Origin: Macrostomum lignano
Taxonomy: Eukaryota
DNA: 64,000 nt
Direction of reading: 5' to 3'
NCBI GenBank assembly: GCA_002269645.1
Contig: NIVC01001307.1
Coordinates: 2,026 to 66,025 of the forward strand
Below the pieces are notes generated by a model. It was given only the letters and a program-made list of their open reading frames with translations, did no database searches and was not told where the DNA came from. The stretch's first letter is position 1, and the number at the start of each line of letters is the position of its first letter. Of the stretch, positions 43,970 through 54,185 are shown piece after piece. The position numbers and the translations under genes were made by a program.

Positions 43970-46900
43970 TCAAAACGTCTGCGACGAATTGCCTGGGCTG
44001 GTCGACTCTCCGACCCGCCGCTGCGGCTCGGCCTCGTCCGCCTCGTCTCTGTCGGCCATGATCTGGTCCTCCTGACAGGCGGCAGCAATAGCGGCGGCCC
44101 GCTCGGTGCCAACTAGGCCGGCCGCCATCTGCAGAGTGGCCTGGGCCGACGTTGTCCGCTGAAATCCGCGGCCGCTAAGCGCCGTCTCGTTGCTAGTAGA
44201 TTTGGCTGTGGGAGCCGCCGCAGCGTCCAGCTTGCCCTGCAGTCCGGCCACCGCTTCCGCCCACCTGTAGTAATAATAATAATAAACTTTTACAACAATA
44301 ATAATAGGCAATTCTGCCCATTGCACTGCTCACACAGGGTGTACAGTTGACCCTCATGGCCCCAAATGAATGTGGCCGCGCTCGGAATCGAACCAGGGTC
44401 CTACGCGTCTACCGTTGAGCCCTCTGCCCACCTGTCCGGACAGTCTAGCATCCGTTCTCGGACGTCCGGACACTGAGAGCTGGCCTCTACTAGCAGTTTA
44501 ACGCAGCGATAGGCCCGTCTGGGGTCGAGCTGAGCGCCGGAGCTGATCAAGCCGAGTAGGCCGCCGTCGGACACGACGGTGTCGTCGACATTTTCAACGC
44601 CGTAGAGCAGCAGACGGAGCCGGTCGGACTGCAGCTGGTCGCGAATCAGGAACAGCTCCTTTATCAGGTCTAGCAGCGGTCTCAGCTCGTTAACAGCCGT
44701 GTGAGCCAGCTGGGATAGCAGTGCGGTAGTCATATTGCGCGAGGCTATTAGATTAGCATTGCAGGCGTGCCGCAGCAGGCCGCTCATCGCTGGCAGGAGG
44801 CCGGCAGAATCGGCGCACACGGCGGCGCACAGCTGGCCAAGTAGGGCGGCGCTCCGATCCGAGTCGCTTAGCAACCAGCGTTCCATACTAGGCGACAGGC
44901 GTAGCAGAGTCTGCTGCTGTTGCTGCTGGGCGAAACTGCAATAAGTTGGCAGGGCGCACAGTAGGCGATACAGCGGAGCCAATTCTCGATAGCTGGGCGC
45001 GCTCAACGGCTTGAGACTGTCCGGCTGTTCTGGAAACAGAAACTCGGCCAGACGGCCGAATGCATCCCGGCTGTACAGCACCGAGCAGGCGCGCAGTCGG
45101 TGCTCGTCAACGAAGCCGCAGAGCAGTTGAAAGAAGGCGCCGCACTGGCCCAGATGGCTGGCCGCGGTGCCCAACTGATGGAGCAGGTGATCCACGAACT
45201 GCTGCAGCTGCGGAGCGCCGATTTGATTGGCGCGAACTTGAAGGTCAAGCGACTCGCCTGCGGAGCGGAGGGAGGTTTAGGGGCGGTTTTTAGGTTTTAG
45301 GGGTAATTTTTGAGGTTTTAGGGACGATTTTTAGGACGCTTTAGGGCGATTTTTTAATTTTAGTGACGGTTTATAGGAAGCTTAATGGGCGATTTTAGTG
45401 AGGTTTTCAGGGGCGATTTTTAGTAAGGTTTTCATGGGCGATTTTTAGTAAGGTTTAGGAGCGACTTTTAGTGAGGCTTAGGGGCGATTGTTAGTTACAT
45501 TTATAGGCGATATTTAGTGAGGTTTAAGGGCGATTTTTAGTGATATTTTAGGGGCGACTCTGAGGATGATATTGGGCTATTCAAAGGGCATGTTAGGAGC
45601 AATTGTAAATCAGTTCAATAACAGTCTGTCCCACCTAGAAGCCTGGCTACAGTTTTCCTCTGCTCAGGCATCGGGCACACGATGAGATGCTCAGCCAGGT
45701 GTCCGGCCTGGCAAAAGAAATCCAAGAAAGCGGCATTAGCCTGGGCCGGGCTGGCAGTGAGCAGGCGCATCAACAGCCGGTCCCAGGCGGCGTTCAGTTG
45801 CGGTGGCTGGCGCAAGCGCTTCTCGGTGCGCAGGAACACCTCGAATAGGAACATCATCAGCAGGCCGGCGGCTTGCTCGGCCAGCTCCGAGTTCGACGAA
45901 GACGCCGCCGCGGCAGCCAAGGGAGCCGACGTGGCCGGCGACGCTGACAGAGTGAAAACTCCGGCTCCGCCCGACGCCGAAGCGGACGGAGACGAGGCGG
46001 CAACGGCAGCTGAAGCAACAGACGATGAGGCGGCCGATTGAACCTGCTGCTGCTCTGAGCTGGGCGGAGCTGCTCGATCCAGCACGGACTCGCACAGCCG
46101 GTGGATGAAGGTAAAATGAGCCTCATTAAGCAGGTCAGTCTGCCGATAGAAGGTGAGATTGGACTCTCTCACTGCGGCGGCAATGTGCGCCGGCATAGCG
46201 TCGGAGAACAGGCCGCGCTGTTCGCCTCGCTGCACCAGGGCGCTCAACTCGGCGATGCTGTCCCGCTGATGACGAAAGCTGCTGCCGCCGCCGCTGCGCC
46301 TGTTTATCGGCGTCTTCTGCTGCTGCTTCGGCATCGGCGGCGGCGGCGGCGGCGACGCCGGATCTTCTAGTAGAAGCGGCTGAGTGCCACCGCTGGACTG
46401 CTGTTGAGACGACTGCGACGGGCTGTCCCGTTCGTAAAACAGCATATAGGCGCTCCAGTACCGCTTGCGCTCCTCCGGCAGAAAGTTCTCCGTGCTCTGG
46501 AAGGTGCCGCCGAAGGCTTCGGATTCCAGCAGCTGGTCGGTGAGGTCGATCTGCTCAATGGTCTGGTCGTTCATCTTGAACCAGGCGTCCGGCTTGTCTG
46601 CAGGCGGGATTGAAACTGAATGGATTATCTAGGGGAATTAATTACTTATAGGTTTATCACTAAACAACAGTAATCCTCATGAGTGAACGATTTAGACATC
46701 CATAATGGAAACTACTTATCAATAATCCAAATAAATCAGTTACTGATGATAATCAGACGGATTATTAACTACTCCTACAATACAGATGGATTAACTACTC
46801 ATCAAATATAACCCAGATGGATTAACTACTCTTCGATAATCCAGATGAATTAACTGCTCCTCGATTATCTAGAAGGATTAACTACTCATCGATAATCTAG

Positions 46901-49818
46901 ATGGATTAACTACTTATCGATAATCCAGAAGGATTAACTACTCATCGATAATCTAGATGGATTAACTACTACTCGATAATCCAGATGGATTAACTACTTA
47001 TCGATAATCTAGATGGATTAACTACAACTCGATAATCCAGATGGATTAACTAATCGATAATCCAGGATTAACTACTTATCGATAATCCAGAAGGATTAAC
47101 TACTCATCGATAATCTAGATGGATTAACTACTACTCGATAATCCAGATGGATTAACTACTTATCGATAATCTAGATGGATTAACTACAACTCGATAATCC
47201 AGATGGATTAACTAATCGATAATCCAGGATTAACTACTTATCGATAATCCAGAAGGATTAACTACTCATCGATAATCTAGATGGATTAACTACTCATCGA
47301 TAATCTAGATGGATTAACTACTAATCGATAATCTAGATGGATTAACTACTTATCGATAATCCAGAAGGATTAACTACTCATCGATAATCTAGATGGATTA
47401 ACTACTCATCGATAATCTAGATGGATTAACTACTCATCGATAATCTAGATGGATAACCTACAACTCGATAATCCAGATGGATTAACTAACCTATCGATAA
47501 TCTAGATGGATTAACTACTAATCGATAATCTAGATGGATTAACTTCTCATCGATAATCCAGATGGATTAACTACTTATCGATAATCCAGATGGATTAACT
47601 ACTTATCGATAATCCAGAAGGATTAACTACTAATCGAAAATCCAGATGGATTAACTACTAATCGAAAATCCAGATGGATTAACTACTCATCGATAACCCA
47701 GATGGATTAACTAATTAACCAGTTATCTGGGTGGACAAATTACTACTTATGGTTAACACAATTGGATTAACTATATTTATCGATAATCTTATTGAAAAAA
47801 TTAGCCCAACTCACCGGGCCGACGCTCCCGAACTAGGCTATAATAATGCCCAGCGCTGGCCTTGCCAGAATGAATAACAACACCAACTAAATTGTAGTTA
47901 GATGGCTGCTGCTGCTCCTGCATCTCCTGCTCTTTCTGCTGCTGCTGTTGCGGCCCGTCTGAGGCGCTGTCGCCGCTCGACGCGCCAGCAGCGCTAGCCA
48001 TAAAAGGCCCCAATTCCACTCGCCTAGGAAAGCTAAAATATAAATCGGATTTCAGCGGCTGGCCGCGCAGCCAATCGTAGTCGAATCGTTTCAAATGAAA
48101 GCACAGCACCGGAGGCAGGCTGGCTATTCTAGTTCGCCTGAGCGCTGTGACCTTCCGATTGCCGCAGCGTTCGCACGAATAGGCGTTATCAGCTTGCATC
48201 GTTTCTCCGCGTACAAAAGCGTGCAGAGCGGCTTCCAGACTGCCGGATTGAACTGGCAGATGCAGGCCGTAGAAATCTTCTTCAAGTTCGCAACGATGCT
48301 CGCACTGTTCGCTCTCGATCAGGTGCTTGAATCGGCCGCGAAAGAAGGCGCTTAGTAGGGGGCGCTTAGCCTGCTCGTCTGTTTGGTCAATCAGCGCCTG
48401 TTGGGTTGTTGGGGGTTCGGGACGATTAGCGAAGATAGGAGCGATTCTTGTGGGGCTATGGAGGCGATTCTTGTGGGGCTATGGAGGCGATTCTTGTGGG
48501 GCTATGGAGGCGATTCTTGTGGGGCTATGGAGGCGATTCTTGTGGGGCTATGGAGGCGATTCTTGTGGGGCTATGGAGGCGATTCTTGTGGGGCTATGGA
48601 GGCGATTCTTGTGGGGCTATGGAGGCGATTCTTGTGGGGCTATGGAGGCGATTCTTGTGGGGCTATGGAGGCAATTCTTGTGGGGCTATGGAGGCGATTC
48701 TTGTGGGGCTATGGAGGCGATTCTTGTGGGGCTATGCAGGGCGATTCTTGTGGGACTATGGAGGTGATTCTTGTGGGGCTATGGAGGCGATTCTTGTGGG
48801 GCTATGGAGGCGATTCTTGTGGGGCTATGGAGGCGATTCTTGTGGGGCTATGCAGGGCGATTCTTGTGGGGCTATGGAGGCGATTCTTGTGGGGCTATGG
48901 AGGCGATTCTTGTGGGGCTATGGAGGCGATTCTTGTGGGGCTATGGAGGCAATTCTTGTGGGGCTATGGAGGCGATTCTTGTAGGGCTATGGAGGCAATT
49001 CTTGTGGGGCTATGGAGGCGATTCTTGTGGGGCTATGTAGGTGCAGCATATTTAAAGGCGATTCGCAAGGATATACCTGAAAGAACGCGAACGCGTCCTG
49101 CTGCTCTCTCGGATTGACTTTCTCGCCCCACAGTGAGAAATTGGCCCACAATTGATCTGGCACGTAGTACTGCTGCTGCAGCTCCAACAGGTGCGCCAGC
49201 ACCAGCTGCAGCTGGTAGAGGGCACCGTCGCCCGACTCGCTGCTGCCTCCGCCGTCAACGGAGCTGCCAGAGGCGGCGGTAGCGACAGTCGTTGCCGCCG
49301 TCGCAGTGTTCTGCTCGTCGCCAGCAGTCGCAGTAGGATCCGGCGTTGACAGTACAGCAGCTGCCAGGCCTGGCACCATAAACAGCTGTTGCAGCACCGA
49401 ATTCATATAGCAGGTGGCACCGCCATTTTTTAGGCCAACTAAACCGCATTGACCGCGCGGTTCGGGCGGCGCCGGCACCTCCCAGCCGTGGATTCGGTGC
49501 AGCGGCCGCAGGGCCAAGCTAAGCGCTCGAAGGCATCGGCAATTGCTGGCGCACAGCTGCAATAGCAGGTCGTAGATGGCTGGCCGGGACAGTGGCCCGG
49601 CACGGCAGTGCGAGTCGGCCGGCATCAGGAAGGCGCCAATCAGCTGAGGCAGCAGCCGCTCGCCGGCCGAAGGGTCGGGCGGATCCGCCTGCCAGGCCGC
49701 TGCCAGCAGGCGCAGGTGACCGGCTAGCAGGGCGTCCTCCTCCTGCTGGCACTGGCAGGCCGCTGTCTGGCTTAGCTGAAAACCGGTTAGCCAGTCCTGC
49801 TCCACGCTGGCTACTCGC
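43970..49818 (-). CDS. USP24: Ubiquitin carboxyl-terminal hydrolase 24-like, 3' five exons (~1135 aa); 5' part not in window
   Basis: Exons 49818-49077, 48397-47815, 46597-45635, 45257-44432 and 44264-43970 join in frame. Cys box GLKNGGATCYMNSVLQQLF, REQQDAF, His box VVIHSGKASAGHYYS, WFKMND, SAYMLFYER, and C-terminal SNET...FQRTTSAQATL resemble the USP24/USP9X family; the GGATC and REQQDA variants favour USP24. Confidence 0.82.
44269..44425 (-). mobile_element. Short tRNA-derived SINE filling the last USP24 intron
   Basis: A-box-like GGCTCAACGGTAG, B box GGTTCGATTCC, family body and (TTA)n tail; flanked by the 10-bp direct repeat ACAGGTGGGC. Confidence 0.75.
46750..47720. repeat. ~27-bp intronic minisatellite (GATAATCyAGATGGATTAACTACTyATC)
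   Basis: Fills a USP24 intron. Confidence 0.92.
48440..49035. repeat. 27-bp intronic minisatellite (GGAGGCGATTCTTGTGGGGCTAT core)
   Basis: Fills a USP24 intron. Confidence 0.92.
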
Positions 49819-50360
49819 CTGAGTGAGTAGTGCAGTTGGGGCGCGAGTTTAGATAATGAGAAAGAAAAAATAAAAAGCAAAATGAAATAAACAGTCCGAC
49901 AGACAAACAGGCATACAAACAGGAGGACAGACACACAGTTTAAGGGGAGCCCAGCGGTCTAGCGCGGCGCTCTGATGTGCCAGCTGCCCAGGCTAGATTT
50001 CAAGTGCAGTCACATTAATTTGGGGCTAAATTGGAACCTCGACTTGGGTTTTTCTCGTGAAATTAACGGCCTTGAGGCCAAATCCCCAAAGCACAGTGAA
50101 GTGTACATGAATAACGATAAATAAAGTTGGGGCCGCTGTACACTCCTGTGTGAGTGTGTGCCTGTGCATATGACTGCGTACGAGTCTGTGGAATGGGCAG
50201 TAATGCCTCTCGCCGGTTGTGTGACAATGTCGCCTAAATTGCGCCGGGGTGTACACAGCCCCTGCGTCTAAGAAAAAAAGACACACAGACAAGACACACA
50301 GACAGACACACATACACTAAGACAGGCAGACAGACAGACAGAAAAAAAGACACACAGACA

Positions 50361-50393
<33 letters not shown>

Positions 50394-50471
50394 CACATAC
50401 ACTAAGACAGACAGACGGACACTAAGACAGACAGACAGCCACTAAGACAGACAGCCACTAAGACAGACAGC

Positions 50472-50740
50472 AGTAGTATAGAAAAAGACGCTTCTAGACC
50501 CAGAGCACTTTTTTAATTACCGTTTTAAGGGTCTAGAGGGGGGACACGGGGGGTAAATAAAAAAACACATCTAATCACCCTTAACACATCCAATCACCCA
50601 TAATCACCCCTAACAATAAAAATCAATCCCAACACTTCCAAACACTCCCCAATACTCCCCTCGCGTCCCCCCTCTTAAGACCTTAAAAACGGTAATTAAA
50701 AAAGTGCTCTGGGTCTAGAAGCGTCTTTTTCTATACTACT
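50472..50740. repeat. Terminal fold-back inverted repeat
   Basis: 50472-~50553 is the reverse complement of ~50652-50740. The outer ~60 bp are near-perfect; the spacer carries AATCACCC repeats. Confidence 0.92.
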
Positions 50741-50797
50741 ACTCTATAACCCCTTGCCCGCGCCGCAGGCGCGAAGGGTCTTTTTCTGTTACTAAAA

Positions 50798-51112
50798 ATG
50801 ACCCGAGTTTACACCTTTTCTGTTAGTGATACTTTTGAGACTGTTGCTAAAAATGCAGAGATAATAAAACAACATATTTTGAATGGAATAATTGATGAAG
50901 TTTATTTAAAATATGACGACAAGCACGACCTAAAACTTTATCCATTAGAGCTAGATGAGATGTATGATTTAGAACAAGAGGGTGAGTTAATATTTCAACT
51001 TGGAGATTATTTAAATTCGGATGATTGGGAGGTTAGATCAACAGATTCCGAATCAACAAATAGTTCATATGAAACCAGTGATTCAGAGAATGAAAGTGAA
51101 ATTTTTATGTGA
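50798..51112 (+). CDS. Hypothetical viral protein, acidic, 104 aa
   Basis: ORF with the AAAAATG start shared by the element's genes. Confidence 0.65.
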   Translation: MTRVYTFSVSDTFETVAKNAEIIKQHILNGIIDEVYLKYDDKHDLKLYPLELDEMYDLEQEGELIFQLGDYLNSDDWEVRSTDSESTNSSYETSDSENESEIFM

Positions 51113-51128
51113 AAAAAATATTTAAAAA

Positions 51129-51353
51129 ATGAACTATTATTCTATAACAGAAACGACATTTATTGTGAAAAATATATATAAAAAAATGAAGGTAAACTAT
51201 TCCTACATCGGAAATGTTCCAATTAATGAACTTAATGAAAATTTAAGTTTGATAACAGTTGAACAAATGTCAATAATAATATTAGTAACAATTATAGTAA
51301 TAATATTGTTTTTGTTTGTAATAAAAAATTTACTACCATGTTGTCTTAAGTAA
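51129..51353 (+). CDS. Small predicted membrane protein, 74 aa
   Basis: AAAAATG start; C-terminal hydrophobic run (IIILVTIIVIILFLFVI). Confidence 0.5.
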   Translation: MNYYSITETTFIVKNIYKKMKVNYSYIGNVPINELNENLSLITVEQMSIIILVTIIVIILFLFVIKNLLPCCLK

Positions 51354-51363
51354 CTGTTTGAAC

Positions 51364-52966
51364 TTAGTTCGCAGACATTATCTGGTTCTCATAAAAAGAA
51401 CCCAATATTTCTTCACCGTCCTTATCAGCAATTATATAGGTTGTAGGATTGGTATTTAAAACTTTACTGATAGTAAATTTCTCACTTATCTTCCAATATC
51501 CTTTTCTTCCTTTTTCAAACTTATCTTTCCATTTATAGATATAAACAGAATCACCAACCTTAAAAGATTTCTTTTTATTTTTTTCAAATTTTCCAAAAGT
51601 AACTTTAACTTTTTCAGGATTGTTATAAGCTTGTTGAGGAGTCATCTTTATAGCTGAATGATATGAATTGTTATAATCTTTCACTACGTCTGGTAATATT
51701 TTTACCCACTTTTGGTTACCATTAAGACTAAACTGAAACCATAATTTCTTACCTAAAGTTCGATTAAATCTTTCTATTAATGCGTTTTTACTCTCTCCAT
51801 AAATAGAATAAATTTTATTAATATACTCCCCATTCGCGTCTTTTTTCCTTTCTTTTCCTTTTTCAAAATGATACAATTTATACATATGAGGATTGTAAAA
51901 TTCTTTTCCTTCATCAACACACAATCTTTCGCTTTTTTCTCCAAGACTTCTAAAAGCAGCAGCAACCTCCTCTCCCTTTTTGGATTTTAAAGGAACAGCC
52001 CACGCGTATCGAGTAAAACCATCTAATATGGTTAAGATATATTTATATCCTCTTTCGTTCGGCATCGACATTAAATCAGCATACCAAATTTCATTCTTTT
52101 TGAAGTTCATGATTTTTCTATAAAATTTAGGTTTTCGATATTCTTTATGAAGAATCTTTGCCTCATCAGAACTTAACCCACCACCACTTAATAATAAACA
52201 CTCGACACAATTATTTCCATGTTGATTATAATTAATTCCCAAACCAAATTTAACTTTAGACTGCAAAATCTTTTTAACCATCCACCTAGTTAATCTTTGC
52301 CCTACCGATAATCCCTGCAAGTTATCTAATCCTTGAATCATTTTTTGATCGGCTTCATGTTTTAATCTTAATGCTTCCTCGGGCGGGTTCTTGTCAGCAT
52401 CTCTATATGCTAAGTCGTGATAGTATGCTAACCAATCAATCCCATTTATTGGAATTGAATCAGATTTTGGAGTATTGTCAGGATTTAATCGGAGATCGAG
52501 TCGAGTCAACCCGGCCTTTATACCTTTGCTTTCACAAAGGAGTAGACTGTGTCTTAAGCTATCATAAGGATTGACTAAGTCCTTCAAGCCCACCAGCGTA
52601 CAGTCGTTGCATCTCAACCATACTCAAGTCATATGAGGTTAGGTTTTCGATTCACTCTTGCCCATATATTTATCTTCAAGCTTGTTACCGTTGGGAAGAG
52701 GAGTTACCTCTGTTCCTTTGTAATCTTTCGAAAACAAAGTGGTACTTGAAGCTTTAGGGGATTGAGTGAGCGGCTGGTGTTGCCACTAATAGTGACTAGC
52801 AGTAGCTTTGCATCTACCACTCGGGCACAGCTCGAGCTCCACCCGCGAAGTTGTAAGATGGGATGTGTAATTCATTTGTATACCTCCCAGTAGTAAAGAT
52901 TGGTGGTAAGCTTGTTAATCCTTTTTGAACATCTAACAATCCTCCATCAAACACAAGTTGGTTCAT
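51364..52966 (-). CDS. PLA2-domain / rve integrase fusion, interrupted by a group I intron
   Basis: Exon 1 52966-52841 (AAAAATG; MNQLVFDGGLLDVQKGL...ELHIPSYNFAG). The downstream part has the PLA2 His-Asp motif (INGIDWLAYYHDLAY...HEADQKMI), then the DDE integrase (WYADL, LTILDGFTR, VDEGKEFY, IERFNRTL) and C-terminal FKVGDSV...GSFYENQI. Confidence 0.9.
52515..52840 (-). ncRNA. Group I self-splicing intron (IC-like, with P5abc), 326 nt (334 nt if the terminal G is 52507)
   Basis: P1: exon CGGGU with IGS GCCCG (U52841.G52826). P3: CACCAGC/GCUGGUG. P4: UCACUC/GAGUGA. P5a: CUUCAAG/CUUGAAG with the GGUAACAA bulge. P7: GACUGU/ACAGUC with S element AAGACACAGUC. P9 has a GAAA loop. Ends in G. Confidence 0.88.
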
Positions 52967-53450
52967 TTTTAATGTTTAAAAAACATGTTTCTATCAATTT
53001 AATAATTTCTAAATATTGATCACCATATAAAAAATTTAAAGCAAATTCCCCAGTTAACAAGGTAACTCCATTATCAAATACTTTTTGTACGGGGTTTTTA
53101 GTAGTATTATTAATGCAAATATAATATAAATCAAATTCGGGATTAACATATTTAAATTCTAATAACTTTTGAATATTTCTAAATCGACTTGATGAATTAT
53201 CTGTGTTATCAGAAGATTTTAACTCTAACGCAACTTTTCTTTCTGTATGAATTAAATCAATTTTATTTACTTTTTCAAAACCAAAATGTTTAATAGCTAA
53301 TAATTCATAAAGATATCCAAGTCTCATTTGAATTGTTTTAATACGGTTTGCAATTATTAATTCATCTTGAAATATCTTATTTAGTATTCTGTCAGAACCA
53401 GCCTTATCATAAATAGGTTTACAAAGACAATCTTTTATCGTATTATCCAT
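52947..53450 (-). CDS. PD-(D/E)XK restriction-endonuclease-like protein, 167 aa
   Basis: E...IDL...ALELKSSDNT motif arrangement; AAAAATG start. Confidence 0.65.
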   Translation of the reverse strand: MDNTIKDCLCKPIYDKAGSDRILNKIFQDELIIANRIKTIQMRLGYLYELLAIKHFGFEKVNKIDLIHTERKVALELKSSDNTDNSSSRFRNIQKLLEFKYVNPEFDLYYICINNTTKNPVQKVFDNGVTLLTGEFALNFLYGDQYLEIIKLIETCFLNIKNEPTCV

Positions 53451-53473
53451 TTTATAAAAAATAAATTTAACAA

Positions 53474-54151
53474 TTAAACACCTGTATGTCCAGCAGCTTT
53501 CGCAGCAGCTAAAACAAGTTTTCGCGGGGTTTTAAATCCATCACCAACAGCTGGTTTGTTATTTATAGAATTTACAATCCATTTATACAAGCTGGTATTT
53601 TTAACAGCTCCTCCTAACTCATTATAAAAAATTTTAGCACTTACTAATTCATCCTTAGTATATAAATCCGGGTTAAATTTTACCCTAGGGTTCATAATAA
53701 TATTATATGCTCCACCCAATTCTGTATATAGTTCATTTCGATCTTTATCAACGTTACCAATTCGATAATTATTATTACCTAAATCTGTAACAGCAATACT
53801 AGGTGGTACTCTTGGAAATTGTTGCCGATCAACTCCACCCCTAATCTCTTCAGCCCTAATCTCTATAACTCTCAATTGTGCTTGAGCAACACCATAAGCA
53901 GGCGGCTCATCATCCAAAATTTCATCCTCTTTTGGCTCAGTATTTTTAGCAATTTTTTCCAGAAGATCTTTATCTGTTTTTTCTAGTTCACTAATTTTCC
54001 CAGTAATAGGATTAACAAAAGGAGCAGCAAATCTTTCGCCAGCTAATTGTATTCCTAACTTTCTTTTTTGTAAATTTCTAACAAAATCAGAATATCTTTG
54101 CTTCTCTTTATAAATCGCTAACTCTCCATCAACGTCCATAAATTGACTCAT
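53474..54151 (-). CDS. Hypothetical viral protein (possible virion core protein), 225 aa
   Basis: Long ORF with AAAAATG start; contains I-R-G-G, an adenain-type site. Function is inferred only. Confidence 0.65.
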   Translation of the reverse strand: MSQFMDVDGELAIYKEKQRYSDFVRNLQKRKLGIQLAGERFAAPFVNPITGKISELEKTDKDLLEKIAKNTEPKEDEILDDEPPAYGVAQAQLRVIEIRAEEIRGGVDRQQFPRVPPSIAVTDLGNNNYRIGNVDKDRNELYTELGGAYNIIMNPRVKFNPDLYTKDELVSAKIFYNELGGAVKNTSLYKWIVNSINNKPAVGDGFKTPRKLVLAAAKAAGHTGV

Positions 54152-54185
54152 TTTTTAACATAAAAAACTTTTTTAACTTAAAAAA

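Noticed and set aside
50472-50740. Independent 270-bp mini-Polinton/MITE
   Set aside because: Flanks (GACAGC and ACTCTA) show no target-site duplication, and viral ORFs follow directly.
52507-52617. ORF-track start MRCNDC... for the integrase ORF
   Set aside because: These codons are the intron's P7/P3/P8/P9 region. The real N-terminus with ELHIPSYNFAG starts at 52966.
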